The notes below the pieces were generated by a model. That model saw nothing but the letters and a program-made list of their open reading frames with translations. It searched no databases and was not told the origin of the DNA. Positions 27,837 to 37,624 of a stretch of DNA of 64,000 nt are shown here, one piece after another. The translations under genes were made by a program, and so were the position numbers. Source of the stretch: Planctomycetota bacterium (GTDB lineage Bacteria > Planctomycetota > UBA1135 > UBA2386); contig OZ245006.1 of assembly GCA_965223545.1 (NCBI GenBank), forward strand, positions 1,824,001-1,888,000. Reading direction: 5' to 3'. The first letter of the stretch is position 1. Each line of letters starts with the position of its first letter.

Positions 27837-29714
27837 TCATTGGCCGAGATGAGAGCGCACCAGGGCGAGCAGGCCGGCGTCGCCCGACTGGGACAGCACG
27901 GTGGCGAGGGTCTCGAGCTCGGCCCGGCGGCGCTCGCCGTCGGCCGCCGCGAACGCCTGCAACCGCGCTTCGACGCTCGCCAGCAGCGGCGGCACCGATT
28001 CGGGCAGGTTGTGAGCTCCGTAGCGGTCGACCAACCGGGTGAGTCCGCGCCGCACGCGACCGAACGCCCGCCGGCCATCGAAGAACTCGGCGTCATCCGC
28101 CTCGCTGGCCAGCGCGTCGGCCTCCTGCCGCGCCGCCAGCATCAGCTCGCCCCGCAGCCGCTCGGCCTCGCCGAGCACCTCGCGGTCGTGCGGCCACTGC
28201 GACGCCAGCTTCGTCAGCGCGTCGATCGCCCGCCCGGGGCTCCCCTCGGCGAGCCCGCGCGCCGCGCGCAGCGCTTCGCGGGCCACGGCGCGCTCCTGCT
28301 CGAACTCGACCGCGAAGCGCAGCTCGGTCGCGCCGACGAAGCGCACCGCGAAGCGGTCGGAACGCAGCTCGGTGCGGATCGCCGAGGCGCCGGGGCTGCG
28401 CACCAGCGCCCGGGTCGGGCCACTGCCGAGCAACAACGCGCTGCCGCCGGCGAGCTCGAGGTCACCGCTGCGCGCGGCGAAGGCCGCGCCATCCGCCGCC
28501 ACTCGCAGGCCGGCGGCGGCCTCGACCGCGAAGTCGAGCTCGACGCCGTCGATCCCCGAGACCGCCACCGAGAACCCCCCGTCGACGGCCGTGGCCGCGA
28601 GGGCTCCGCCGAGGTCGCTGATCAGCCGCGGCGCCGGCCCCTCCACTGCACCGATCGGCCGGGCGGCGTAGACCAAGACGTCGTTGCCGCTGCGCAGCGC
28701 GAGATCGGCGCCGGTGCACACCAGCTGGCAGGCGCCGGCGCGCAGCGCGCCGCCGTCGGCTTGGACGTCGACCAGCGCGACGTCGTCGAACCAGGCCGCG
28801 GCGTCCTCGCTCGGCAGCTCCGCCAAGAGCTCGACCTCGACGCGGTCCATGCCATCCGGCACCGGCACTTCGAGCGCGATCTCGGCAAAGGCCTCGCTGG
28901 TCGCCGGGGCCGCGCCCGCCCAGATCGGCTCGAACTCGTCGGTGGACGAAGTGAAGCGCAGTCGCAGCGCCGCGCGCGCGCCCCCCTCGGTGCGGGCGAA
29001 CGCGGTCGCCCGCACCCCCCGTCCCGACAAGACGTTGGCCGGCTCGGCGGTGCGCGCCAGCGCGAACCCGGCGCTGACCGGCGCGTCCTCGTCGGCCAAC
29101 AGGGCCGCGTACAGCGAGCCGGTGCCCGAATTGGCGACCCCGTCCAAATCGAAGGACGCGCCGGCGACGCGCAGATCCCAGCCCTCGCCGTCCTCGCACG
29201 AGGCCGCCGCCACCGGCAGCCGGTTGCCGGCGATCTCCAACACCGGCTGGGCGCGGCCGCCGCCTTCGGTGCGCGCCGCGTCGCCCTGCAGATAGAACCA
29301 TGCACCGGCCCCGGCCGCTGCCACGACCGCCGCCAGCAGCACACCCGCGCCGCCACGGCGGCGTCCCGCCCGCGCCGTGTCGAGCCGGTGCACTTGGAGC
29401 GCCGCCTCCGGCGAGGCCGCGCCCTCTTCCTTGAAGACCACTCTGACCCGACCGACCTGGAACGTGTCGAACGGGGTCAGCGCCACCTCGTCGATGCGAC
29501 GGCCGTCGAGCAGGGTGCCATTGGTCGACTTCAGGTCGCGCAGCACGTAGCGATCGCCCTCGAGCACGATCGTGGCGTGTTCGCCCGAGACCTTTTCGTC
29601 CGCGAGCCGCAGGGTGTTGGCCGGCTTGCGGCCGATCGTCAACGGCTCGGTGCCGAGGGGGACCGTCTCCCCCGCGCGATCCCCATCGAGGATCTCGAGG
29701 ACGTATTGAGTCAT
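27837..29714 (-). CDS. FHA-domain bitopic membrane protein with extracytoplasmic CBM-like and helical domains
   Basis: FHA motifs IGRKPAN, VSGEHA, DLKSTNGT; TM VLLAAVVAAAGAGAWF; AWFDDVAL beta-sandwich motif. Confidence 0.85.
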   Translation of the reverse strand: MTQYVLEILDGDRAGETVPLGTEPLTIGRKPANTLRLADEKVSGEHATIVLEGDRYVLRDLKSTNGTLLDGRRIDEVALTPFDTFQVGRVRVVFKEEGAASPEAALQVHRLDTARAGRRRGGAGVLLAAVVAAAGAGAWFYLQGDAARTEGGGRAQPVLEIAGNRLPVAAASCEDGEGWDLRVAGASFDLDGVANSGTGSLYAALLADEDAPVSAGFALARTAEPANVLSGRGVRATAFARTEGGARAALRLRFTSSTDEFEPIWAGAAPATSEAFAEIALEVPVPDGMDRVEVELLAELPSEDAAAWFDDVALVDVQADGGALRAGACQLVCTGADLALRSGNDVLVYAARPIGAVEGPAPRLISDLGGALAATAVDGGFSVAVSGIDGVELDFAVEAAAGLRVAADGAAFAARSGDLELAGGSALLLGSGPTRALVRSPGASAIRTELRSDRFAVRFVGATELRFAVEFEQERAVAREALRAARGLAEGSPGRAIDALTKLASQWPHDREVLGEAERLRGELMLAARQEADALASEADDAEFFDGRRAFGRVRRGLTRLVDRYGAHNLPESVPPLLASVEARLQAFAAADGERRRAELETLATVLSQSGDAGLLALVRSHLGQ

Positions 29715-29980
29715 TGCTGTGCCGCTGCCCCGCCGTCGCGCGGCCGGGCTACTGTGCGATTTGGGTTGGGAAGAGGGGCAGCGCTCCGGACAGAGTCTCA
29801 CTCCGCCCTACCGCCGGTGCTCGCCGGAGTAACGACCACGTCACCGACGTCGCCGCGGTTGCCAGGCATCGACGCCGCCGTCGTCATCGCCCCTGGTTCC
29901 GGGGCCGGGAGGCGCATATTAAGGTAGGTGGCTGTGCTGGACGAGGCAAGCCAGCAGCCCCATCCAAAGACCCCGCTCGC

Positions 29981-30655
29981 ATGGCCCGCCGCTACCTCCT
30001 GCCGGATCTTCCGGCCGCCGGATCGGCCACGCTCGAGGGCGACGTCGGCCACCACGTCGGCGTCGTCATGCGCGCCCGCCCGGGGGCCGAGCTCGAGCTG
30101 TTCGACGGCCGCGGCCATTGCTGCCGGGCGGTCGTCCGGCACCGGGACGGCGCCCGGGTCCACGTCGATGTCGGCGCCCACCGGGCCGAGCACCGGGGTC
30201 CCGCGGTCGCCGTTGAGCTCGCGTTCGGTCTACCGAAAGGAAACCGGGCCGACTGGCTGTTCGAGCACGCCACCGAGGTCGGCGTCGCGGCCTTTCGCCC
30301 GCTCCTGACCGCCCGCACGGAAGCGCGCCCGAACCTCCGCGAACGCTGGCTGCGCATCGCGCGCGCCGCCACGGCGCAGTGCGACCGCTCGCACCTGCCG
30401 GTGCTGCACCCACCCGCCTCGCTGGCCGAGCTGCTGGCGCAGCCACTGCCGCCGGAGCGCTACGTCGCCACCGCCGGCGGCGCCCGCCTGCAGCCCGCGC
30501 ACGCGAGCGCGATCCTGGTCGTCGGGCCGCCCGGCGGCCTGGCCGACGACGAGCTGCGAAAGCTGGCGGCGGCCGGCTTCGATCCGCGCGGGCTGGGACC
30601 CTTGACGCTGCGCACCGAAACCGCGGCGCTGGCCGGAGCCTGCCGTCTGCTGTGA
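29981..30655 (+). CDS. rsmE: 16S rRNA m3U1498 methyltransferase RsmE
   Basis: HHVGVVMR, KGNRADWLFEHATEVGV, VGPPGGL, LGPLTLRTETAAL (SPOUT fold). Confidence 0.92.
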   Translation: MARRYLLPDLPAAGSATLEGDVGHHVGVVMRARPGAELELFDGRGHCCRAVVRHRDGARVHVDVGAHRAEHRGPAVAVELAFGLPKGNRADWLFEHATEVGVAAFRPLLTARTEARPNLRERWLRIARAATAQCDRSHLPVLHPPASLAELLAQPLPPERYVATAGGARLQPAHASAILVVGPPGGLADDELRKLAAAGFDPRGLGPLTLRTETAALAGACRLL

Positions 30656-30677
30656 TCCTGGTGCGGACCCCGGGAGG

Positions 30678-31688
30678 TCAGACCAAATCGGTGTCGCCGA
30701 GCGAGTACCACCAGCCCTGCTCGAGCTGGTCGACGCTCAACCCCGGCTGGTGCAGCCGCAAGCCGATGCTGCGGTACATCGACGCCGAGGACGGCACCGT
30801 GGCGAAACCGCGCTGCCGCAGCTGCTCGGCCTCCCACGTCCACGGCGCCAGGATCGTCACCAGGTGAGATCGGTCGCGCATGCGCGCGCGGTTGGCGGCC
30901 GACGCCAGCAGCGCGTCGAGGACGGTGGCGTCCCCCTCGTGCACCATGAGCTCGGCGATGCAGCACGACCCGGGCAGCAGCTCGTGCCGCGGCCGGAGCG
31001 CCATGAAGCCGACCACCAAATGGTCGCGCCACGCCTCGTACAGGTCGTAGCGCCGCTCGGGACAGCGCGCGTAACGCCAGTTGAGGTGGGCGGCATCGCG
31101 CACCGCCGTGCAGCGCTTGTCGGCGAGGAACCGCGTGCTCAAGCCCTCCAGCTCGGAGCCGATGACGCTCACCTTCTTGATGCGGATCCCGTCGGGCGCC
31201 GCCAACTCCGCGTCGGCGAGATCGAGAGACAGGTACTCGATCGGCCGCCACTCGATGTAGTCGAGAAAGCGGATCGAGATGCGCTTGGCCTGCGGCACCG
31301 GCAGCCCCCAGTACACCCCATCGCCGAGCTCCTCCGTCCAGCGATCCAGCGCGGCGACCGCGGTGTGCACGAACAGACCGGGGCGCTTGAGACCGTGGCG
31401 GTAGTCGGGGTGGACGAAGCTGTCGACGATCTGGCTGAACACCGTCGGCCCCTGCGGCGTGACGACGCGCATCGGCAACGCGGCGTAGTGGCCGGCCACG
31501 GTGCCATCGGCGGCGACGGCGAGGTGGATCCGATGGCCGGCGGGGTTCTCCAGGTACTGCCAGCGCCACAGCGTCATGTCCCGCCGCTCGTAGCCGGCGC
31601 CGGACACCTCCTCGAAGACCGTGTTGAAGGAGGCCAGGATCCTGCCGTCGTCGCCTGGCTGGTAGGGCCGGATCGTGAGATCGCGCAT
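30678..31688 (-). CDS. GNAT family N-acetyltransferase (two-domain, envelope-associated type)
   Basis: WRWQYLENPAG, DSFVHPDYRHGL, RDAAHLNWRY, GDTDLV C-terminus. Confidence 0.8.
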   Translation of the reverse strand: MRDLTIRPYQPGDDGRILASFNTVFEEVSGAGYERRDMTLWRWQYLENPAGHRIHLAVAADGTVAGHYAALPMRVVTPQGPTVFSQIVDSFVHPDYRHGLKRPGLFVHTAVAALDRWTEELGDGVYWGLPVPQAKRISIRFLDYIEWRPIEYLSLDLADAELAAPDGIRIKKVSVIGSELEGLSTRFLADKRCTAVRDAAHLNWRYARCPERRYDLYEAWRDHLVVGFMALRPRHELLPGSCCIAELMVHEGDATVLDALLASAANRARMRDRSHLVTILAPWTWEAEQLRQRGFATVPSSASMYRSIGLRLHQPGLSVDQLEQGWWYSLGDTDLV

Positions 31689-31765
31689 GGGCGCAGCGAT
31701 GGTAGCGCGGCGTCGTCGGTTTTCGAGCTGGCAGGCCCACCTCCGCTACACTGGTGGCAGACCCG

Positions 31766-32911
31766 ATGCATCCCTCCAACCACTCGCTCGCCGCCGGCTT
31801 GGCAGCGCTCGCAGCGTGCCCCGCGGCGCCCGCGCAGGCCGACGCGCTGCAGTTCACCAACGGGTTCGTCTCGCAGCACGTCGAGGTGCCGTACGACCCA
31901 GGCCTCCTGCCGACGCGCGCGCTGACGATCGAGGCCTGGATCACGTACGACGACTCCACCGTGCCGCGCGGCCAGGGCGGACGCTGGCCGACGATCGCCC
32001 GCCAGGACGTGCGACCGGGCGGCGAGAGCTACTTCCTGCGCGTGGCCGCCAACACCTCGAGCGCGCGAAAGCTGGATTGGACCATCAACAATGGCAGCGG
32101 CAGCAGCACGCTCTCCTACTCGTTCGGCATCGGCGAGTTCAAGACCTGGACCCACATCGCCGCGACCTACGACGGCCGCAACTCGGCCCTGTACGTGAAC
32201 GGTGTGCAAGTCGCGCGCCGCGGCGTCGGCGGCGACCTGCGCGACAACCAAGGCGTCCTGCGCATCGGTGAGGGCGACTCGAGCACGCCGGGGTTGGAGT
32301 GCTGGCACGGCGCCATCGACGAGTTCCGCATCTGGCCGTTCGCCCGCTCGGCGCCCGAGATCCTCGAGGGCATGCAGTACGGCATCCGCGGTCTGCCCGG
32401 AATCACCTCGTTCAACCTGGACAACGGCACGGTCGCCGACTCGTCGGGCGGGCGGAGCGGCACCCTGGTCGGCGGCACCTGGGTCGCCGGCGTGCCCAAC
32501 ATGCCGACTCGCTGGAGCGGCGCGGTCAGCCACGGTGCGGAGACCAACTTCTGCAACCAGACCTCGGTGATGACCGCGGGCTCACTACCGGTCAGCGGCA
32601 ACAACGAGTTCTCGTTGGCGGTCTACGACGGTCCGTCGGGCTTCGCCACCGCGCTGTTCGCGGCGCAGCTGTTGCAGACCCCCATCGTCGGCGGCGGCAT
32701 CGCGTTCCACTTGGATCCGAGCACCCTCTTGGTGGCCTCCACGCCCGGCCTCGCCCTCACGTCCGGGATCACCCGCTACAAGCTGTCGATCCCCAGCACT
32801 CCAGCGCTGATCGGCAAACCGCTGGCCGCCCAGTTCGCCTATCGCGACACCGTCGGTTGCGGCAGCAACGGGGTCATGGCGACCCGGGGCTTCGGCTTCG
32901 TGGTGCAGTGA
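31766..32911 (+). CDS. Secreted LamG/ConA-like domain protein with conserved C-terminal domain
   Basis: Signal peptide ending APAQ; LTIEAWI, WTHIAATYDG..LYVNG, WHGAIDEFRIW. Confidence 0.85.
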   Translation: MHPSNHSLAAGLAALAACPAAPAQADALQFTNGFVSQHVEVPYDPGLLPTRALTIEAWITYDDSTVPRGQGGRWPTIARQDVRPGGESYFLRVAANTSSARKLDWTINNGSGSSTLSYSFGIGEFKTWTHIAATYDGRNSALYVNGVQVARRGVGGDLRDNQGVLRIGEGDSSTPGLECWHGAIDEFRIWPFARSAPEILEGMQYGIRGLPGITSFNLDNGTVADSSGGRSGTLVGGTWVAGVPNMPTRWSGAVSHGAETNFCNQTSVMTAGSLPVSGNNEFSLAVYDGPSGFATALFAAQLLQTPIVGGGIAFHLDPSTLLVASTPGLALTSGITRYKLSIPSTPALIGKPLAAQFAYRDTVGCGSNGVMATRGFGFVVQ

Positions 32912-33602
32912 CCTGCGCACCGCCACCCCGCAGCCGCAACGCGGCCAATGGGTGGAACGCGCCATCCGCGAAGCTGTAGTAGTGGGCATCGCCCACCACC
33001 ACGTGGTCGAGCAGCTCGATGCCCAAGAGCTCACCCGCCGCGCGCAGGCGCTCGGTGACGCGGCGATCGTCTTCGCTCGGCTGCGGATCCCCGCTGGGGT
33101 GGTTGTGCGCCAGGACCACCGCGGCGGCGCCGGCGCGGACCGCTCGGCCGAAGACCTCGCGCGGATGCACCGGTGCGGACGACAGGCCGCCAGTGCTGAC
33201 CACGGCCATGCCCAGGACCCGGTGGCGCGCGTCCAGCGTCGCGACCAAGAAGGCCTCCTGTGCCATCGCACGGGTGTGCTCCCGCACCAGCCGGGCGATG
33301 TCCCGGCCATCCCGGACCGCGGTCCCGATCCGCATCCGCGCGGCACTCAGCCGCCGTGCCAAGCCGAACGCGGCGACCAGCGCAGCGGCGCGCACCTCGC
33401 CGATCCCCGCACAGCGGCCCAGCTCGCGGACGTCGGCGCGGGCCAACGAAGCCAGCCCGCCAAATGTCCCGAGCAGTCGCTCCGCCAGCTGTTGGACCCC
33501 CTCACCCCGCCGGCCTGTGCGGAGCAGCACGGCCAGGCACTCGGTGTCCGAGAGCTGCTGCTCGCCGAACAGCAGCATCCGCTCTCGCGGCCCGGTTTGC
33601 AT
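32874..33602 (-). CDS. radC: RadC/UPF0758 JAB-domain protein
   Basis: PRERML..LSDTECLAVLL, GIGEVRA, VHPREVF, AHNHPSGDPQPSEDD, LLDHVVVG. Overlaps the convergent LamG gene by 38 nt. Confidence 0.93.
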   Translation of the reverse strand: MQTGPRERMLLFGEQQLSDTECLAVLLRTGRRGEGVQQLAERLLGTFGGLASLARADVRELGRCAGIGEVRAAALVAAFGLARRLSAARMRIGTAVRDGRDIARLVREHTRAMAQEAFLVATLDARHRVLGMAVVSTGGLSSAPVHPREVFGRAVRAGAAAVVLAHNHPSGDPQPSEDDRRVTERLRAAGELLGIELLDHVVVGDAHYYSFADGAFHPLAALRLRGGGAQVTAPRSRSPGSP

Positions 33603-33795
33603 CGGTCGTCGCATTTGGCGGGGGGTCCTCCACCGTGTTGTGGCGTGCGGGCCCGTGCCGGTGACGCATGCACGGCAATTCCACTCAGGCCGCGGCGACA
33701 GATCGGCCCGCCGCGGGTACACCAGAGGGCACGGGCGCCGGCCGCCGGCCGGGCCTCCCCGATCCCCTTGAAGCGCCAGCCGCGCTTTTTTCGCA

Positions 33796-34722
33796 ATGCA
33801 CTCCAACTACCGTTTCGCCCTCGCGCTGGTCGCGAGCCTCACCCCGTCGCTCGCCGCGCAAGACGCCGCGACCGCTACCGAAGCGCACCTGCTGCGCCAC
33901 ACGTTCAAGGAGGGCGCGACCGCGCACTTCTCGGTCACCAACAACGCCAGCATGCTGATGGAGGCCGGCGGGCAGGAGATGGAGATGACGACGGTCATGC
34001 AGACCTTCTACACGCTGAACGTCGTCAGCGTCGGCGAAGACGGCAACGCCCGCGTCGAGCAGACGTGCTTTCGCGTCAAGGGCTCCTTCGAGCACCCGAT
34101 GATGGGCTCGCTGGCGTTCGACAGCGACGACGAGGAGTCGGACGCGGGCCCGATGGAGCAGATGCTGGACCTGGTCGGCAGCAAGATGAGCGCCACCATC
34201 GACCCGCGCGGCCAGACCAGCGACGTCGAGGTGCCCGGCTTCGTCGAGAACCTCGGCGCCGGCGACGTGTCCCAGACCCTCGCCCGCCTGTTCCCCACGT
34301 TCCCGGAAGAGCCGATCGAGATCGGCGCCACCTGGAAGGTCGACAGCGAGCAGCGCATGGGGCAGATGGGTGCGGTCAGCATGCAGACCACCAACAAGCT
34401 GACCGCCGTCGACGGCAACGCCATCACCATCGAGCAGCAGATCGCGGGCTCCACCGATGCGGAGAGCGAGTTCCAGATGACGACCAACAAGGGCGTCGGC
34501 ACCATCCAGCTGGAGCGCTTCGAGCTGCTGCCGACCGTGGCGGAAGCCGAGCTCGAGCTCGAGTTCGACTCGATGATGGCCGGCGGTCAGGTGCACACCA
34601 AGGTGTCGGTCGCGGCGTGCGAGCCGCCGGCGGCAAAGGAAGCCGAGAGCACCGGCGAGGAGAAGCCGGCCACGGACGCCGGTAACACGCCGGACAAGAC
34701 CGGCGGCGGCGACGACCGCTGA
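33796..34722 (+). CDS. Secreted hypothetical beta-rich protein (possibly DUF6263-like)
   Basis: Signal peptide ending SLAAQ; FPEEPIEIGATWK motif; strongly biased codon usage. Confidence 0.6.
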   Translation: MHSNYRFALALVASLTPSLAAQDAATATEAHLLRHTFKEGATAHFSVTNNASMLMEAGGQEMEMTTVMQTFYTLNVVSVGEDGNARVEQTCFRVKGSFEHPMMGSLAFDSDDEESDAGPMEQMLDLVGSKMSATIDPRGQTSDVEVPGFVENLGAGDVSQTLARLFPTFPEEPIEIGATWKVDSEQRMGQMGAVSMQTTNKLTAVDGNAITIEQQIAGSTDAESEFQMTTNKGVGTIQLERFELLPTVAEAELELEFDSMMAGGQVHTKVSVAACEPPAAKEAESTGEEKPATDAGNTPDKTGGGDDR

Positions 34723-34771
34723 CCGCCCGCCGGGCGCGGCCCTTCGCCGCGGCGCCGGGGTAGGGTAAGTA

Positions 34772-35842
34772 GTGTCGCCGCCCATGCCCTCGCCCTCGCC
34801 CAGCGCCCGCCGTCTGCGGCTCAACCTGTCCCGGCTGCTGCCGTTCTGGTGGTGGCTGGTCTGGTTCTACAGCGCGTGGCTGGCGCTGGTCTTGCTCGGC
34901 GAGCTGTGGCCGACGGTGCTGCAGCACTGGCCGATCGCGGCGGCGATGGCCGCCGGATCGTACGTCGCCGGCTCGACGCCGATGGGCGGCGGCACGGTCG
35001 GCTTTCCGGTGCTGGTCCTGCTGTTCGACGGCCCGGCGGCTCTGGGCCGCGGCTTCAGCTACTGCATCCAGTCGATCGGCATGACCTCGGCAGGCCTGTT
35101 CCTGCTCTCGAGCCGGGCACCGATCGGCGGCCGGCTGTTGCTGTGGACCATGCTCGGCATGACCGTCAGCATTCCGCTGACGCTGCGCCACATCGCGCCG
35201 CTGGCCTCGGACCTCACCGTCAAGCTGCTGTTCGCCTGCCTCTGGGCGGCGTTCGGCCTGGCCACGTTGGTGCGCCTGCGCCAGCTGCTGCGCGCCCACC
35301 ACATGCCGCACCTGTCGCACGGTTGGGACATGGCGCTGGGCACGACTGCCGGCGTGCTCGGCGGAGTCGCGACCGGGCTGACCGGCGTCGGCGTCGACAT
35401 GATGCTCTACATGGTGATGGTGCTGCTCTACCGCTGTGACCTCCGCGCGGCGATCGGCACCAGCGTGTTGGCGATGGCGTACGGCTCGATGGTCGGCGTC
35501 GTGGCCAGCGCCGGCGGCGGGCAGCTCGACCGCGTCGTCTTCGACCACTGGGTCGCGGCGGCGCCGGTGGTCGCGATCGGCGCCCCGATCGGCGTCCTGA
35601 TGATGCGCATCATCCCGCGCACGCTCACCCTCGTGCTGGTCTCGTGCCTCTGCGTCCTACAGCTGATCTGGACCTGCATCGACCAGCAGCTCTCCGCACC
35701 GATGTGGGGCCTCGCCATCGCCGCGGTGCTGGCCGCCAACCTGCTGTTCCACGTGCTCTACCGGTGTGGCAAGCGCCTGGTGCCGGAACGGCCGGTCACG
35801 GCCGAGGAGGCGGAGCCCCATGCCGCCGAGGCCATCTCTTGA
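34772..35842 (+). CDS. TSUP (TauE/SafE) family transporter
   Basis: GSYVAGSTPMGGGTVGFPVLVL, IQSIGMTSA, GVGVDM, AIGTSV, APVVAIGAPIG; multiple TM helices. Start may be ATG 34784. Confidence 0.85.
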   Translation: MSPPMPSPSPSARRLRLNLSRLLPFWWWLVWFYSAWLALVLLGELWPTVLQHWPIAAAMAAGSYVAGSTPMGGGTVGFPVLVLLFDGPAALGRGFSYCIQSIGMTSAGLFLLSSRAPIGGRLLLWTMLGMTVSIPLTLRHIAPLASDLTVKLLFACLWAAFGLATLVRLRQLLRAHHMPHLSHGWDMALGTTAGVLGGVATGLTGVGVDMMLYMVMVLLYRCDLRAAIGTSVLAMAYGSMVGVVASAGGGQLDRVVFDHWVAAAPVVAIGAPIGVLMMRIIPRTLTLVLVSCLCVLQLIWTCIDQQLSAPMWGLAIAAVLAANLLFHVLYRCGKRLVPERPVTAEEAEPHAAEAIS

Positions 35843-35857
35843 CCCCTTGACGCGCGG

Positions 35858-35891
35858 CGGTGCTGTCGCGACGGTGGCGCCGACAGCACCG
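35858..35891. terminator. Strong intergenic hairpin
   Basis: Perfect 11-bp inverted repeat CGGTGCTGTCG/CGACAGCACCG, extendable to about 35851-35907; no clear U-tract. Confidence 0.45.
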
Positions 35892-36058
35892 GTGCTTCCG
35901 CCGCGCGCTCAGCCTCGCCACCACCACCGCGGCGTCCCGACGCCACGGTCGTGTCGGGCAATCGAGGTGCCGGAGGCAACGCCATGGTGTTAGCTTGGAC
36001 GTGGGCTGCCGCGCTGCGCGCCGCTCTCGTCCGCCTCTTCGACGCTCTCCCAACCCGC

Positions 36059-37576
36059 ATGCCCCAAACGTCCGACGTCCTCGTCATCGGCGGCGGCCCG
36101 GCCGGCTCGACCGCCGCCTGCCTCCTCGCCAAGAAAGGCCACAACGTCACCGTGCTCGAGAAGGAGCGGTTCCCGCGCGAGCACGTCGGCGAGTCGCTGC
36201 TGCCGTACTGCTACGGCCTGTTCAAGAAGCTCGGCGTGCTGAGCAACATGAAGAAGAGCTGGGTGCGCAAGCCCGGCGTCCGCTTCCTCGACACCGACGG
36301 CCGGCAGTTCACCACCTGGTGCTTCGGCCACGTCCTCAAGGACCCCAGCCACCTGTCGTTCCACGTGGTGCGCGCGCAGTTCGACCAGATGCTGCTCAAC
36401 AACGCGCGCGACAACGGAGTCCACGTCCGCGAGCAAACCAAAGTCACCAAGGTCGACCTGAGCGACCCTGAGTCGGTCACGGTGCACGCCAAGGGCCCGC
36501 GCGGCGGGGAGCAGGTCCACCGCGCCCGCTTCTTGATCGACGCCAGTGGTCGCGACACGTTCCTCGCCAAACGGCACAAGTGGAAGTCGCCCCACCCGGA
36601 CCTCGACCGCTCCGCCCTGTCGACGCACTGGCTCGGCGGCAAGTTCGTCGGCGGCATCGACGAGGGCCTGCTGCAGATCTGCTATCTCGGTGGCGAGAAG
36701 AAGGGCTGGATCTGGGTGATCCCGGTCGCCGAGGGCCGCCTCAGCATCGGCGTCGTGCTCAACCACAGCTACATCCGCAAGCAGAAGGCCAAGCTGCAGA
36801 AGAAGGGCGTGCGCGATTGGAAGCGCGCGCTGTACGTGCAGGAGCTGCAGACCGCCGACTTCGTGCGCGACATCCTCGCCGACGCGCGCATCGCGCAGCC
36901 CCTGATGTTCAACGGCGACTACTCCTACTTCGTCGACCCCGACAAGAAGTGGGGCGCCAACTACGCGCTGGTCGGCGACGCGTCGGCGTTCATCGACCCG
37001 ATCTTCGCCAGCGGCGTGTACTTGTCGATGAACACCGCCAACCTGGTCTCGGAGGCCCTGCACAAGCGCTTGCGCGGCCGCGACAACAGCGTGGCCGAAG
37101 ACGCGATGGCGAACGCCTACAGCAAGGTCAATGGCGCGTACCGCCTCGTCGACAAGGCGATCCGCATGTTCTACAACCCGGGCGCGATCAACTTCGCGCA
37201 GGCGGGGAGCGCGACCTCGATCATCCATTCGCGGCACGAGGATGCGATGGCGCTCGGCCACTACCTGCTGGCCGGCGACTTCTTCGACCGGCACCAGGAG
37301 TACAGCGACTTCATCGACACGCTGCAGGACCCCAAGCTGTTCGCGAAATACAAGTCGTTCGTCATCGACCGGCCGGACTTCCAGGCGACCACCTGCCACG
37401 TCCAGCGGTCGACCGTGTTCCACTCGCTGATGGAGGAGCACCGCGCCCACGCCGCGTTGCATCCGTCCACGCCGAAGCCAACGCCGAAGAACGGCAGTGG
37501 CACGACGGCCAAGAAGCCGCGAAAGAAGAAGGCCGGCAAGAGCGCCGCCAAGTCCGTGGCACGCCGCGCGCGCTGA
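36059..37576 (+). CDS. Flavin-dependent halogenase-like NAD(P)/FAD oxidoreductase
   Basis: GGGPAG, FPREHVGESLLP, RKPG lysine, WIWVIP, GDASAFIDPIFASGV; Lys-rich C-terminal tail. Confidence 0.8.
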   Translation: MPQTSDVLVIGGGPAGSTAACLLAKKGHNVTVLEKERFPREHVGESLLPYCYGLFKKLGVLSNMKKSWVRKPGVRFLDTDGRQFTTWCFGHVLKDPSHLSFHVVRAQFDQMLLNNARDNGVHVREQTKVTKVDLSDPESVTVHAKGPRGGEQVHRARFLIDASGRDTFLAKRHKWKSPHPDLDRSALSTHWLGGKFVGGIDEGLLQICYLGGEKKGWIWVIPVAEGRLSIGVVLNHSYIRKQKAKLQKKGVRDWKRALYVQELQTADFVRDILADARIAQPLMFNGDYSYFVDPDKKWGANYALVGDASAFIDPIFASGVYLSMNTANLVSEALHKRLRGRDNSVAEDAMANAYSKVNGAYRLVDKAIRMFYNPGAINFAQAGSATSIIHSRHEDAMALGHYLLAGDFFDRHQEYSDFIDTLQDPKLFAKYKSFVIDRPDFQATTCHVQRSTVFHSLMEEHRAHAALHPSTPKPTPKNGSGTTAKKPRKKKAGKSAAKSVARRAR

Positions 37577-37624
37577 CGCTCAGCCACGCTTTTCGCCCCG
37601 CTGGGAATCACGGATTTGCCCGCG

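Noticed and set aside
29715..29980. Known riboswitch upstream of the pilin cassette
   Set aside because: No recognisable c-di-GMP or other riboswitch consensus by eye.
32874..33602. radC/JAB as marker of a mobile or anti-phage element
   Set aside because: Full-length housekeeping-type RadC with N-terminal HhH region; no E1/E2, CBASS or mobility genes nearby.
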